From the NCBI RefSeq assembly GCF_033153115.1, contig NW_026889758.1, positions 28,086,001-28,150,000 on the forward strand: a stretch of 64,000 nucleotides of DNA, read 5' to 3'. The notes beneath the pieces were generated by a model. That model made no database searches and was not told the DNA's origin. It worked only from the letters and a program-made list of their open reading frames with translations. A program made the translations under genes and the position numbers. Below, piece after piece: positions 1-11,260 of the stretch. How positions within the stretch are numbered: position 1 is the first letter of the stretch; every line of letters starts with the position of its first letter. Source of the stretch: Saccostrea echinata. Lineage: Eukaryota.

Positions 1-1330
1 CTGTTAACCTCTTGTCATGGACAACTTTATCATACATTTTCTTCATTGCCTAGACAAAAGGATCTTGCTTGAGATCTGTATCATTTTCACAGTATAACAA
101 CAGTTTTATGTTTGTTTCTCTTTTATTAATTACAAATTAATATATCTTTAACATATAGACAAACTTAACATTAAATCAAAGAAATGAAGTGCAAATATTG
201 ATTTAAGATATTCTATGAAATGTAATAATAATTATAAATTATTTATGCTTAATACAAAAGAACACAGGAAAAAATACATGCCTGTTGAAATATTTTTTTC
301 TAGCTTAATATAACAATATAGGGTATATATAGGGTATATATTTTTACATCAACATTCATAACAAAATTAAGATATACCATGGAAACGTTTACAGTGTACA
401 ATATATTTCTATGCTAGCATGGTAGGCCACCATTCTTCACCTTACTCGAGATCATATTGCTCCCATACTAACCCACCCAGTCCACAAGTGTTGGCAACAT
501 ACACACTGTAACTTACAAATCTATACAAACTTTTTGAACACTTTATGAATTAGTACTTATTTATGTCACCATTCTGCAATATACATGTATTGATTTGTAT
601 TTAATAACGAGTGAAATAATTGTACAAACAATCCCTAGTACAAGATAACTTTGCTAGTCTACACTTCATCTTGTGTTTGTAAAAAGTCAAGGAGATTATT
701 TTTTTCATGCTATTAAAAAAATCCGAATTTTTATGTTTCCAACTGATTTTGAAACCTACAACTGAGCTTAAGTCATGTAAAAAAAAATGAGTCTTTACAA
801 GTATATGAGATGTTCTATATTCTCAATATTTCCAGTGGTCACATAACATTTGTACATTTGAATTCAAGAAATCTATTTGCGCACACTCAAGTTACTGTTT
901 AATAATTTATCCAGTTATTTATTGTTAATTTCTGCAATATGCTTAACATACTTGAAATTTCCATGCAGTAGTTAGAAGTTTCAATCCAGTAGTTTTCCGT
1001 TAATGGTATTAAAATTTTTATAGTGAATATGTTGTAGAAGACAGATTATTTTACATTTGTTATGAGTATGTTATTTTGCTTCCTTTAAAGATACATAAAC
1101 TGCTGTTTCTAATATTGATAAACAATGTCCTTTGACACAAGTGTTTTTTTTTTATTTTTATTTTATCGTCAGAATGAGGTATTCATGCATATAAATATGG
1201 TTTTGTACAAATATTATTTCTAAAGTATCTACCACAATTTCATAATTTTATCAATGGGGACATTTCAACTGAATAATTTTTCAAAAAACACCCCATAAAT
1301 TACATTATAAGGTGACTTTTTCCTTTATTT

Positions 1331-4300
1331 TCATACCACTTTCACTTTTTTGTCCATTTTTGCTTTTGCTTCTTTCAACTTTTTGTCTTCCTTTTGTCTC
1401 AATATTTCCATTCTCCTGTTTACTTTCCGAGTGGCAGTCAAGGCAGTTTGTAACTTTTTTTCATTTATTTCCTTCATCTTTTTATCCTGCGTGCTCAATG
1501 TCTGCTTAGAATAAAGGGGGGAAAAGTTATGATTTCAAATAAACACTTCTGGCACTTGTTGATCAAATATCATTTTATTAAAATTTCAATTGTCAGAACA
1601 TCAAATTTTCATAGAGAGAGAGAGAGAGAAATAGAGACAGAGAAACATAAAATTATATTAAAAAAAATCATGTTTATTTTATGATTGTGATGAAAATATT
1701 ATACATGAAATGTGGAGATAACTTACAGTAATTCCAACCTAAATTTTATTTATTGATTTCCCGTGTTTTGATTGGACGAGAACAAATTCAAGAAAAAGTT
1801 TACACATCGATAAATCTCTCAATTAGAACTACTTTCTTGACCTAGCTTTGTAAAAAATTGAAACAACTCGTTACTTCTCGTCTGTTTTAGCTAAACGATT
1901 GCAGAAACTTGAAATCAAATAAAAATGAATAATAAATAAAAACTGACGACTTGCAGGACTGACAGACAGGAATATTATGTTTATGTCACTCTCAGATCAC
2001 AAGTGTGAATTTAAAAATTTCTGATGCATGATGTCATTTTATCGTCGTTCCCAATACTAAGCAAATAAGCTCAGTTCTCGATAGGAAAGAGAAACGTAGA
2101 CTTTTACCTTATTAGCATCAAATTCATATGTCTATATCCTATATTCTGTTCATGCTTCGCACTTTTATTTAGTTTGTGAGTAAAATGTCAAGAGTTTACA
2201 CATCGATAAAATTTTCAAAAAGAACGTTTAATCCTAAAGTAATCAAGCTCAACAATCCATTGAAACAATACAAATCGGGAGCACACACGGACCTCTAAAA
2301 ACATCAGGGGTGGGATCAGGTGCCATGAAGGAGTAAGCTTCCCCTGTTGACCGGTCACACCCGCCTTGTGTTCATTGTCATGATCGGACAAACGGAAAAA
2401 TCCGTAGACAATTCAGTGTTTAAATAATGGCCTAACAATTAGTATGACAAACATCAGTCAGCATTCGACTTAATGATAGATGGCATTTGCTGATCATTGT
2501 ATTGACCAAAGAACTTGTGAAATGGTGACTTTAAACGAGACTGTTGATATCCTTGTTTCATTAACTTGTTTGTCAATAGCTTGCCTCGTTTTAGAAATTG
2601 TTCATACGTGGGGCATGCACTTGTGTAACGAATCAAATGTAAGATACTTTTGAAAAAACATATATCGTTACTTCACCGTTTTTAAACTGACAGAGATTTT
2701 AATGCAAAATATAAAATTACCTTCTTCATTGCATGCTTTAAATTTTCCTGTAATTTTGCAGAATTTTCCTTGGTTGACTTTTCTAAATTCGCCAATGATT
2801 TTATCATTTTTCTCTCTGTTTTCTTTATTTTATTCAGCTTTATTTTCAGTTGTTGGTTATTTTTCTCTGCAACCTTTCTTCCGCCTGCAAATCTCGAAGT
2901 CTAAAATACATATGAAGCTTGAGCATTTAATTACAAATAATATTTTCGTGTATTTAGCTCGTTTCTATGTTGAAGTGGGCTTTCTTTAAATATTTGTATG
3001 TATATACTTTTAGTGCCAGGTCGTCCATTTTCTTGTTCAAACTTTTCACTTCCTTTTCTTCATGTTGAGTCCATTGTGCCAAAGCTTTCAGGGAATCTAT
3101 CAAAACTTGTTTCATTTTTCCTATTCGTTTTCGCACTACTTTTTTTCTTCTCTTCTCCATTTTTGAGATTGCTTTTAAGGTCTGTGGAAAAATATAATGA
3201 ATATTGTCTGACATTTAAAAGTTGGTTTTTTTTTTCTCATTAGAATACTTGTATTTAGAAATGCTACAGTTCTGAGAATTACCTTTGAAAGAAATTTATT
3301 CATTTTTCTGTTCATCCTCTGTAATCTTTGAACACTGACTATATTGAGTTGTCCGATGTATGTATTAATATTTCTAAGTAGATGACTGATCTTCTTTAAA
3401 GCGCTGGGGGCTTCCTCTTTTGCATAAATGCCACCTAGTTGTTTCACATTCTTTAATAAGAAATAATTATCTACATGATTCTCTTGAAACGGGAATGTGT
3501 CAATTGGATACAGTACAAAGTCCAAGTACAATTTAATTCCTATTTAAACTCAAAGCCATATAAGAATGCAAGGAAAATAAAATTCACAGAATATCAGACA
3601 GAAATGGTGATTCAGCAACACTTCAAAAATTCTATTCTTATGTATTAGTATTATATTATACAAACAGTAAGCTGGTCTACAATTCATACAACAGAAATAT
3701 ATGTAGTTTACCTCTGAATCTAAAATACATGCAGTTTGTCAATGTGAAGGAATCTACGTACGTGCCACATGTAGCTGTCCTGAACTGCCTTTCTCAGGTT
3801 TGTCAGTTCTTTGTTGATGTTTTCTATCATGGATTTACTTTTTGATTCATCGGTCTGTGACATGACAAGGGCATGAGCTACGAGTTTAATGTTTTGTTCA
3901 AGATTTCTAATTCGCTTCTGAATTTTCTTCCCGTGATGAGATAATTCTTCCATTGACTTGACAGCTACTGCTTGAAACCTTTGCATGTTTGGATCATTCT
4001 TTGGCTAAGAAAATAAGATCATACTCTATAAATCATTGTATTTTCTTTTCATTTTTCAATTAAACGGAAATACCCCTATCTATGTTATCTTAATACAAAT
4101 AAGGCTACTTACATATCACAACTCATTTATGGTTGTTTTAAATAAATTACAGAATTTTTTAAAGCAGGCACGATCATGAACACCTTATCTTTCAGGGCAT
4201 CCACCTTTTTGGCAATTATTGTTGTTAACCGATGAAACAATGCCAGGTCGCTGTGAAGTTTAGCGCTCCTTTCCTCTAATTTTTTCAGAGTGGTATCAAA

Positions 4301-7300
4301 CTTCTCCCGACTTTTCTGTAAAAATGCTATGCTTTCCTGAACATTTTTATCAGAACTCTTTTGTTTCAATTCATCCATCGACTTTTTTATTTTGTCTATT
4401 TCTTTAGTAGTCTGAAGCAATTCTTCGTGAATATTACGCATTCTTTTGTTAAAATGCAGTAATGATCGTATTTGCATTTCCTTTATCTTTGTAAAGTTTC
4501 CCAGCACACTTTTACTAATGAGATGGATTTTGTCGCGTAAACTCTGGAATGAATGAAAATCAAAATTATATCACACAAATAATTTGAAATTATCTATCAA
4601 CAAACGTTTTTAAAAAATCCTTCTTAGGTTTGTACTTTGAAAAAAAAGGCAACATACAAAATGTACAGGGAATACCTCACCTGAGTGTTTTCTAGATTTT
4701 TCTTTAGATTCGCTATGTTTCCCTTCGTATATTTCGCTTTTTTCTGGCCTATTTAAACGAAATGATGAGATATACAAGTATAATGAACCAATATTTATCT
4801 GTTGTACATGAACATGTATGTACCTTAATTCAGAATAGGGTCTTTTTCATTTCTATTTTTATAAAATTACCTTTATCGCTATGTTTGGTTAATTTTTTTG
4901 TCGAAACTTGTTCTGCACCAGCAACTTTTGGTGTTGGCTTTTGAGAGGCGTTCTTTATTTTGAACAAAAGTTCAGCAATTTCAGTTAATTTATGTTTCTG
5001 TTGTTCCTCGACATTAGGTCCTGTAGTGGTGGAGGTTGTTGTATTTTGTGGAGTAACATCTACGGCAATATTCGGTTGGTCTCGATCAGATAGAAAACAC
5101 ATTTTCTTTTCCTCCTGATATTTAAAATATTGACATTTAATCAATTTTTCTTCCGTGCATAACTTTGCACATACACCATGATTCGGTACATTGCTTCTTC
5201 GGATGATCTTTATGTCTCCTGGTAAACTGACCACTGATGAAGGAGAAACTTGTCTTTTGTGGCGACCTCCAAAACAAAAACAACAATCAGAGGACAGTAC
5301 AAAGATTTTTTTATCATTTGCACTTGTGAGAATTTGATGCAGAATACCATCTGAATCAAGCCTTTTATTGAATATTACAGTTATTAGTATAAAAGATTTT
5401 TGTCGACTTGAGAACAGTTCAGTTTATTCTCTCAAAACTTGTAAATAGTACATGAGGTACGAAAACGTTTGTACATATAATGCAATGGGTCAAGCAAGAA
5501 ATGTGAGTCAAGTCTAGCTAGAGGGAGAAGAGACCAAGCAATTAATTCTAGTAATAAGTGTACACAGCTTTTTTTTTTTAAATTTCAAAATCTTTTGAGC
5601 ACATAATTTCACAAAACTTTATAATATTTAGCTTACAACAAAATTTCTGGCTCAAGAATTTTTTCTTCAAATATCCTAAAGTATTACATTATAAATGTAG
5701 TGGCATTCATCTTTTATCTTTTTACTGTCGCACAAATTACAAAGTCGTTCATTTCTTTGTGTACTATTTCATCTGCCTGTTGTTGATGGTGATTTGTTGT
5801 TCTAAATTTTACAAGACTTTTCTTAAGTTTAAATGATAACAGAGATGAATATTTTTCACACTCATAATTAGTTAACTGTTTTAATAAATTGCCGAACCTT
5901 ACTAATTCATTTTTGAATATATTGATCTTCTAACCTTTGTTTGACTGTTGCAGTTATCCATTTTCCATCATAAAAAGTTTGCTCACACCGTACATTTGAT
6001 AAACCACAGTTGTCAAAAATACATTGAACAAAGAAAACCCAGGCTTTATCAAACTGTTTACGCAGATACAAATAAACAATCCTACACAATTTATTTTCTT
6101 TTCCATACAAGTTTTGCCTAGTATTTTATAACTTAAGAGCATATATTAATGCATCTAGGAAACCGCCCGGTTTCACCATAAACCATACAACTTGGGGTAC
6201 TGCTTATCAAATTCAAGATGTTTAAGAAAGCGTAATTGTACAGTACTCGTTCACTTTCAGAGCCCCATATTTCACAACCACAAAACAGGTAAAAATTCTT
6301 TATCAAAAAAATCCAGATGACATTCAAAGGGTAAGTTAAGTTGTCAAATCTTACATATCACACCATACATTGCCTCTGAATTTTGGAACATGTAGTAAAC
6401 CCTAAACATTCCATCACATATTGGCCTTTCTTGGTCTTTAGAGAGTATATAATGTATATAGATGATGTATTTTTGTCTCATTTTTATACATCTATTATTT
6501 ACAAGTCTACTTTACCATTAAAAACTAAGAAAGTACTTTATGTATTACACATGTACATTAAAAATTCTCCTTTAAGTCTTTATTCATTTTGACTTATCAA
6601 TTACATGATTTACAGTAATAAATTATCTTGTAAATAGTAAGTACATTGTAAATAGCGAAGGGGAATAACTTCTATCAGTAAAGTACTACAAATTTCTCTG
6701 CAATATCAATAGTGCCTTATCAAGCACGAGATGACCCAGTGCCCAGTGGTCAAGAATTTCACAAATCTGGTGAAAACACTTGCTTATTACAACTTTGTAC
6801 TGTAAGCCTTCTCCTAGATGCCCGAGAGCAGAGAAGATTTTCAAAGAATTAATATTCTTTGAGGAGTAGATTATTCCTTTTGCTTAGGAGTCAGAAGGTC
6901 AATGGTCAAGTGTCAAACGGATCATAGAAAGATATTGACCACACTCCATATCTTGGAAACCCTTTGCTTGATAGACACAAACTTGGTAGACTTTTTTAGC
7001 CCTCAGAAGTGTTTTAATAGTTAATACCACTGTAAATTTTGAAGTCACATGATCAATTGCTATTATCAATTCAGTTTCTTGTGACCCGTTTCCTTTAAAG
7101 ACCAAATTTCACACACTGGTACCCTCTAAGAAGTATATTACCTTGAATGTACTGGAGGTCCGTTAGAGATCGAACTTAGTATTATGTTTGCCTCTGACTA
7201 GTAGATGACCAATTGTTTTCACTATCATTACAAACATTCTAAATTTTACAGTTGCTTCCTTTCTAAAATTGCCACACGGATCCGGAGGGTATATATGTTT

Positions 7301-8626
7301 CTCAAATATTTCTTGTTTTGCCTATATATTTCCTAAGCAATTCCCCTGAGAATGATATAAATTATTATATTAATATAAAGCTTTTACGTGTAATATGGGA
7401 TATATGTAATTCAAATTCTTCTGAAAATGTAAGAATAAATTAACATAACTAGAAGTGCATCGCACTGGTGAACTCAAAAAGGGCTTTTCCGACTACACTG
7501 CATTGTCACATGTGCTGGACGTTAACAAAACTACGCAACAATCAAATGACGTCATATTTTTAATACAATGCATGTATATATATATAATTATATACATACA
7601 GAAAAAATGACCTCTTTTGACAATCGTATTATTTTTATGCTTGATGTTTATAGATGTTTAAAATTGTTGTATTGTTAGAGACAGAGGATACAAACTAAAA
7701 AAAAACCCCGGATGCCTGGATTAGAATATATATGTTTTTGGACCTATTTTGATTGCAAATGATGCAAATATTGAATTTCCGAAATTCTAAACTTTCTATG
7801 ATGTTCAAAATTCTACCTTTTTGTCCCTTTACAAATCTATGCAACTTTTTATCACTTGAATTTTGTTTTACCTTTAGATAGCTCAGCATTAACCAAACCT
7901 AAGCAACAAATTTTGTGTTGCTATATACTGTGATGAAAGTTATTTCTAGAATAATATTCCCAATACTATTCTTTTGTTGATGATTAAGTTTGATCATGTT
8001 ACACCTATCATTAGTGAATATTGAGCGTTTTTCCAGCATTTTTCAGCATTTAAAATGTATTCTAAATGAACCTATGATTACCACTTACTTAGAGATATAT
8101 ATTCCAAATAATTTTTTTATAACATAAGTGGCAACAAGATATGATGTTTTTTGTGAGAATGGGTTGTTTGATTTTCTTAGTCTTTAATAAGATTAAAAAA
8201 TGCTGAAAATCTCAAAAATCTCATGGAAACCACGACACATAGCAACCAAATTTTAATTGATACATGTATGTTTCTGGTGTCAAGTTGTAACGATGGGCAA
8301 ATTTTTATCAAAATCGGTGACAATGCGTACCGAAGTAGGCTAGCTCTTGAAACTGAAAGCAGTTTTTCATAATATGTTTTTTTTTTAATGATTATCCTGT
8401 AATTTCATTTCGTTCACACACTTAAAACAAATTTCAGAATAGCACTGTCTTTAACCATCTAACGATCTCCATTTCTTTTCTTTTTTTCAGTTTTCACATC
8501 AGAACACAAAACAACCTAAAAATCTTTTTTAGATCTAGATATAACATATAATCTGTGGCATTTACCTGTATTTTCATTTTGTAGACACAATAAAAACAAT
8601 GAGCACAAGAGCACTGACTTTAACAT
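1331..8626 (-). CDS. Uncharacterised secreted protein A: signal peptide + PAN/Apple-like domain + Thr-rich linker + long Lys-rich coiled coil (about 645 aa, 9 coding exons)
   Basis: Hand-spliced exons with GT-AG boundaries and matching phases: 8626-8566 (MLKSVLLCSLFLLCLQNENT, signal-like), 5350 (or 5266)-4871 (RHKR, then CAKLCTEEKLIKCQYFKYQEEKKMCFLS, PAN-type C-x3-C...C..F.Y...C.LS), 4748-4681, 4543-4184, 4004-3762, ~3480-3283, 3181-3008, 2900-2721, 1504-1331 (stop TGA). The ORF-track pieces at 4830, 4127, 3720, 3175 and 2954 are these exons. The 3762/3480 junction and the exon 2 start are ambiguous. Confidence 0.8.
1613..1628. repeat. (AG)n microsatellite
   Basis: Direct run of AG dinucleotides in the last intron of gene A. 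Confidence 0.9.
2270..2640 (-). mobile_element. 3' fragment of a Penelope-like retroelement (probably Naiad-type): RT C-terminal region plus 3' tail
   Basis: IRYTSACPTYEQFLKRGKLLTNKLMKQGYQQSRLKSPFHKFFGQYND matches the QLIRYARAC...LTNKL..QG....RLKS.F.KFYGRY motif I recall from mollusc PLE reverse transcriptases. It is followed by a GC-richer 3' tail and has no 5' part. Confidence 0.65.
5600..6400 (-). mobile_element. Degenerate 3' part of a non-LTR retrotransposon (RTEX/L2-like ORF2) in intron 1 of gene A
   Basis: Frameshifted pieces: CGCEIWG, STPSCMVYGETGRFP, KENKLCRIVYLYL, DNCGLSN, VKQRLEDQYIQ, FRTTNH, and LCDSKKIKDECHYI (remnant of the C-terminal Cys/His motif). Confidence 0.7.
6710..7320 (-). 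mobile_element. Decayed Helitron/Helentron-like non-autonomous remnant
   Basis: Terminus AACAAGAAATATTTGAGAAACATATATACCCTCCG on -, GGTCAA-type internal motifs, and decayed pieces resembling the 166-bp satellite unit. Boundaries are approximate. Confidence 0.35.
7479..8348. mobile_element. Old TIR element, possibly Kolobok-like
   Basis: Imperfect terminal inverted repeats: AAGGGCTTTTCCGACTACACTGCATTGTCAC versus the reverse complement of the right end, AAGAGCTAGCCTACTTCGGTACGCATTGTCAC. TSD not intact. Confidence 0.4.
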
Positions 8627-8686
8627 CCTAACTTGTTTTAGCGTCTGCCATTTCCTCCATCCCAATGACGTTTTACGTATATTTTG

Positions 8687-8694
8687 TGACGTCA
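8687..8694. promoter_or_regulatory. Palindromic CRE (TGACGTCA) about 60 bp upstream of the gene A ATG
   Basis: Exact TGACGTCA, with a TGACG half-site nearer the ATG. Function is inferred. Confidence 0.5.
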
Positions 8695-9352
8695 TACATT
8701 TTTTTGCAAAATCATGAATTTAGTGTAAGAAGGCCGAAAGGTTCCTTTTTGTGCCAAAAAGAAAATATTATCTGCCACCTTTTTTTTTTTATAATAATGG
8801 CCTTAACTTTTGAAGCTGAAATATAGATCTAGTAGAAATTGAATCTTGTACCTGCATGTATGTGTTGTGCTACACATGTCAAGTGTGAATGCAGACCTCC
8901 ATCTACACATGTAAGAGTAGTTGTGGCTGCAGTTCCACAGATACTTTACCTGTGAACGCAGAGCTCCTCCTCTACCTGTGCATAGAGCTCCACCTATTAT
9001 AGCACGTTGATGCACCTTTACATGCACAGCATCCAGCTGACTTCATCTACACATGTTGATGATATAAATTCATGTAGCCTACCTGTAAATGCAGAGCTCC
9101 ATCTACACATGTTGACGTAGTTCCATGAATACAGAGCTTCACCTACATCCCTCTTCCCAAGGTACCGGCGAATGCCGACCACCACCGAAGGCAGAAGTAA
9201 ATGTACGTACACTACGTGAATACAGGGTCTGTGATAGGCTGCACCTACACATGTTTATGTAGACCTACCCCTGTGAGTACAAAGCTCCGCCCACCACAAA
9301 TGCATGTGAATGCACATGTACCTGTGAATAGAGATCACACTTGTACGATGCA

Positions 9353-10728
9353 CATGGCCGTAGAAACCAGAGGGGGCACGGGGGGGGGGGGGGTGCCGAT
9401 ATAAACAATACTATAGAAAACATAGCTTCTATATGCTTGTGGCCCCTCAATATCACAGGCACTTGGGGTCTGGACCCCCCCCCCCTTTTCCATTTTTTTT
9501 CTTTTTAAATATGGAGTCGATTCACCTTTTTCCTATTTTTGTATTCTAATATGCACTATATGTTATCAATAATGTAACTCTTTTGTCTCTATATGCTGTT
9601 TTTAAATATACCGTTTTCGACTGATACATAAAAAGAGAGAAGGCTTGCAACTCTTTTCTCATCGTCTGCCTCACCTCGCTTAAACTTCGCCTGATTATTT
9701 ATCGAAAGAATAAGAAAACATGGAATATGCATACATCAATAAATTCTTTATACATTCTTCTTTCTTTTCATATTTCCATTTAATTTTTATGTGCCCCCGA
9801 TTTGTAAATATTTCGATTAAATCATCCGCATCTAGGGTAAATTTTGTTGATGTGCACCAGCTGGGACGGAAGTGCAATAACGGTAACTCTAACTTTATAA
9901 ATGTTCTGCATTAAAAAAAAATCCAGGTTTGTAATAACAATATTGTGGAATTTGGTTGTCTAGGTCGTCTATTTAAAGTATAATCTTCATCCATTAAAAT
10001 TTGCTAGTTAAAGTTATCTTGTTATTCACAGAACTTACCGTTACATGTTATATGAAGAGAAAATTCGGGATGTATTCCTTCTCGCATTTAATGTTCCGAA
10101 TTACATTACATGTAATGATGATACCCGAAAATACCGGGCACTTCCGTCCCAGCTGGTGCACATCAACAAAATTTACCCTAGATGCGGATGATTTAATCGA
10201 AATATTTACAAATCGGGGGCACATAAAAATTAAATGGAAATATGAAAAGAAAGAAGAATGTATAACGAATTTATTGATGTATGCATATTCCATGTTTTCT
10301 TATTCTTTCGATAAATAATCAGGCGAAGTTTAAGCGAGGTGAGGCAGACGATGAGAAAAGAGTTGCAAGCCTTCTCTCTTTTTATGTATCAGTCGAAAAC
10401 GGTATATTTAAAAACAGCATATAGAGACAAAAGAGTTACATTATTGATAACATATAGTGCATATTAGAATACAAAAATAGGAAAAGGGTGAATCGACTCC
10501 ATATTTAAAAAGAAAAAAAAAATGGAAAAGGGGGGGGGGGGTCCAGACCCCAAGTGCCTGTGCTCAATATTAACGTCTGGTGACCTTTATTTTTATTTTT
10601 TATTTTTTTTATTTTTTTGCTTGTCAAGGAATTTTTGATAGTTGATAGCCCCCCCCCCCCAACTGAAAATGTATGGTTGTGCCCCATCCCCCTTCCACCC
10701 CCAAGTGAAATTGCTTCCTACGGGCCTG
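9353..10728. mobile_element. Short MITE (about 270 bp net; CATGG...CCTG ends, ~5-bp TSD, hAT5-like) hosting the foldback element
   Basis: Ends CATGGCCGTAGAAAC and TTCCTACGGGCCTG; flanks ATGCA/GTGCA. Colinear with the uninterrupted copy at 12762-13012. Confidence 0.65.
9454..10562. mobile_element. Young foldback-type non-autonomous DNA transposon: ~420-bp inverted arms, 8-bp TSD CTCAATAT (P or hAT superfamily)
   Basis: Arms 9454-9875 and 10138-10562 are near-perfect reverse complements around a 262-bp spacer. CTCAATAT sits at 9446-9453 and 10563-10570. Termini CACAGG...CCTGTG. Confidence 0.92.
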
Positions 10729-11260
10729 GTGCAGGTAGAGCTCCATCCACCTGGGCTTTGATGCACGTCAGAAAACAGAGCTCCATCAACACACGTTGAT
10801 GTACCTCTGAATACAGAGATCATACGGGCGTATCATACGCATTTTGATGTACCTTTGAATGCAAAGTTCCCTAAGCTAGCTCTGATGTAGCTCCATCTAG
10901 GCGGCATATCAAGATAGCTACCGTTGACTCTGATGCACCTGGGAATGTAGAAATTTCACCAATTCGCATAGAATTGTCCGAGTACTGGGTACAACCCCCC
11001 CCCCCCCCAAAAAAAAAATAGGAAACTGAACTGTCCGATAACTCTATCGTTGACAGTTTTTTTAAGTGCTTATTATAGAACTTTATAAATGTTCCAGTAA
11101 ATTTGATAACGGTAATACAAATATGTGTAACTTGAAATTATAGTCTTTACCCAGTACGTACATGAGTATTGATATTTGCGATGTTTCATTTATAATGCAG
11201 TTTATTTCATCTGACAATAAAAAGGACTGTACAATACAGTTTATTACAGTTCAATTGTTA

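Larger units (their letters stand above)
8848..10950. repeat. Degenerate ~36-40-bp minisatellite (core ACCTGTGAATGCAGAGCTCCATCTACACATGT), split by nested insertions at 9353-10728
   Basis: Recurring GAGCTCC/ACCTGTGAA units at 8848-9350 that resume at 10729-10950. Confidence 0.75.

Noticed and set aside
1740-2215. 18-bp direct repeat AGTTTACACATCGATAAA (about 1797 and 2193) as the ends of a Crypton-like element
   Set aside because: Plausible repeat remnant, but I could not define termini or a family with confidence.
9695-10318. Twin ORFs (9695..9877 -, 9720..9914 +, 10001..10318 +, 10048..10293 -) with shared peptides
   Set aside because: They are mirror translations of the two foldback arms, with no transposase or other recognisable motif.
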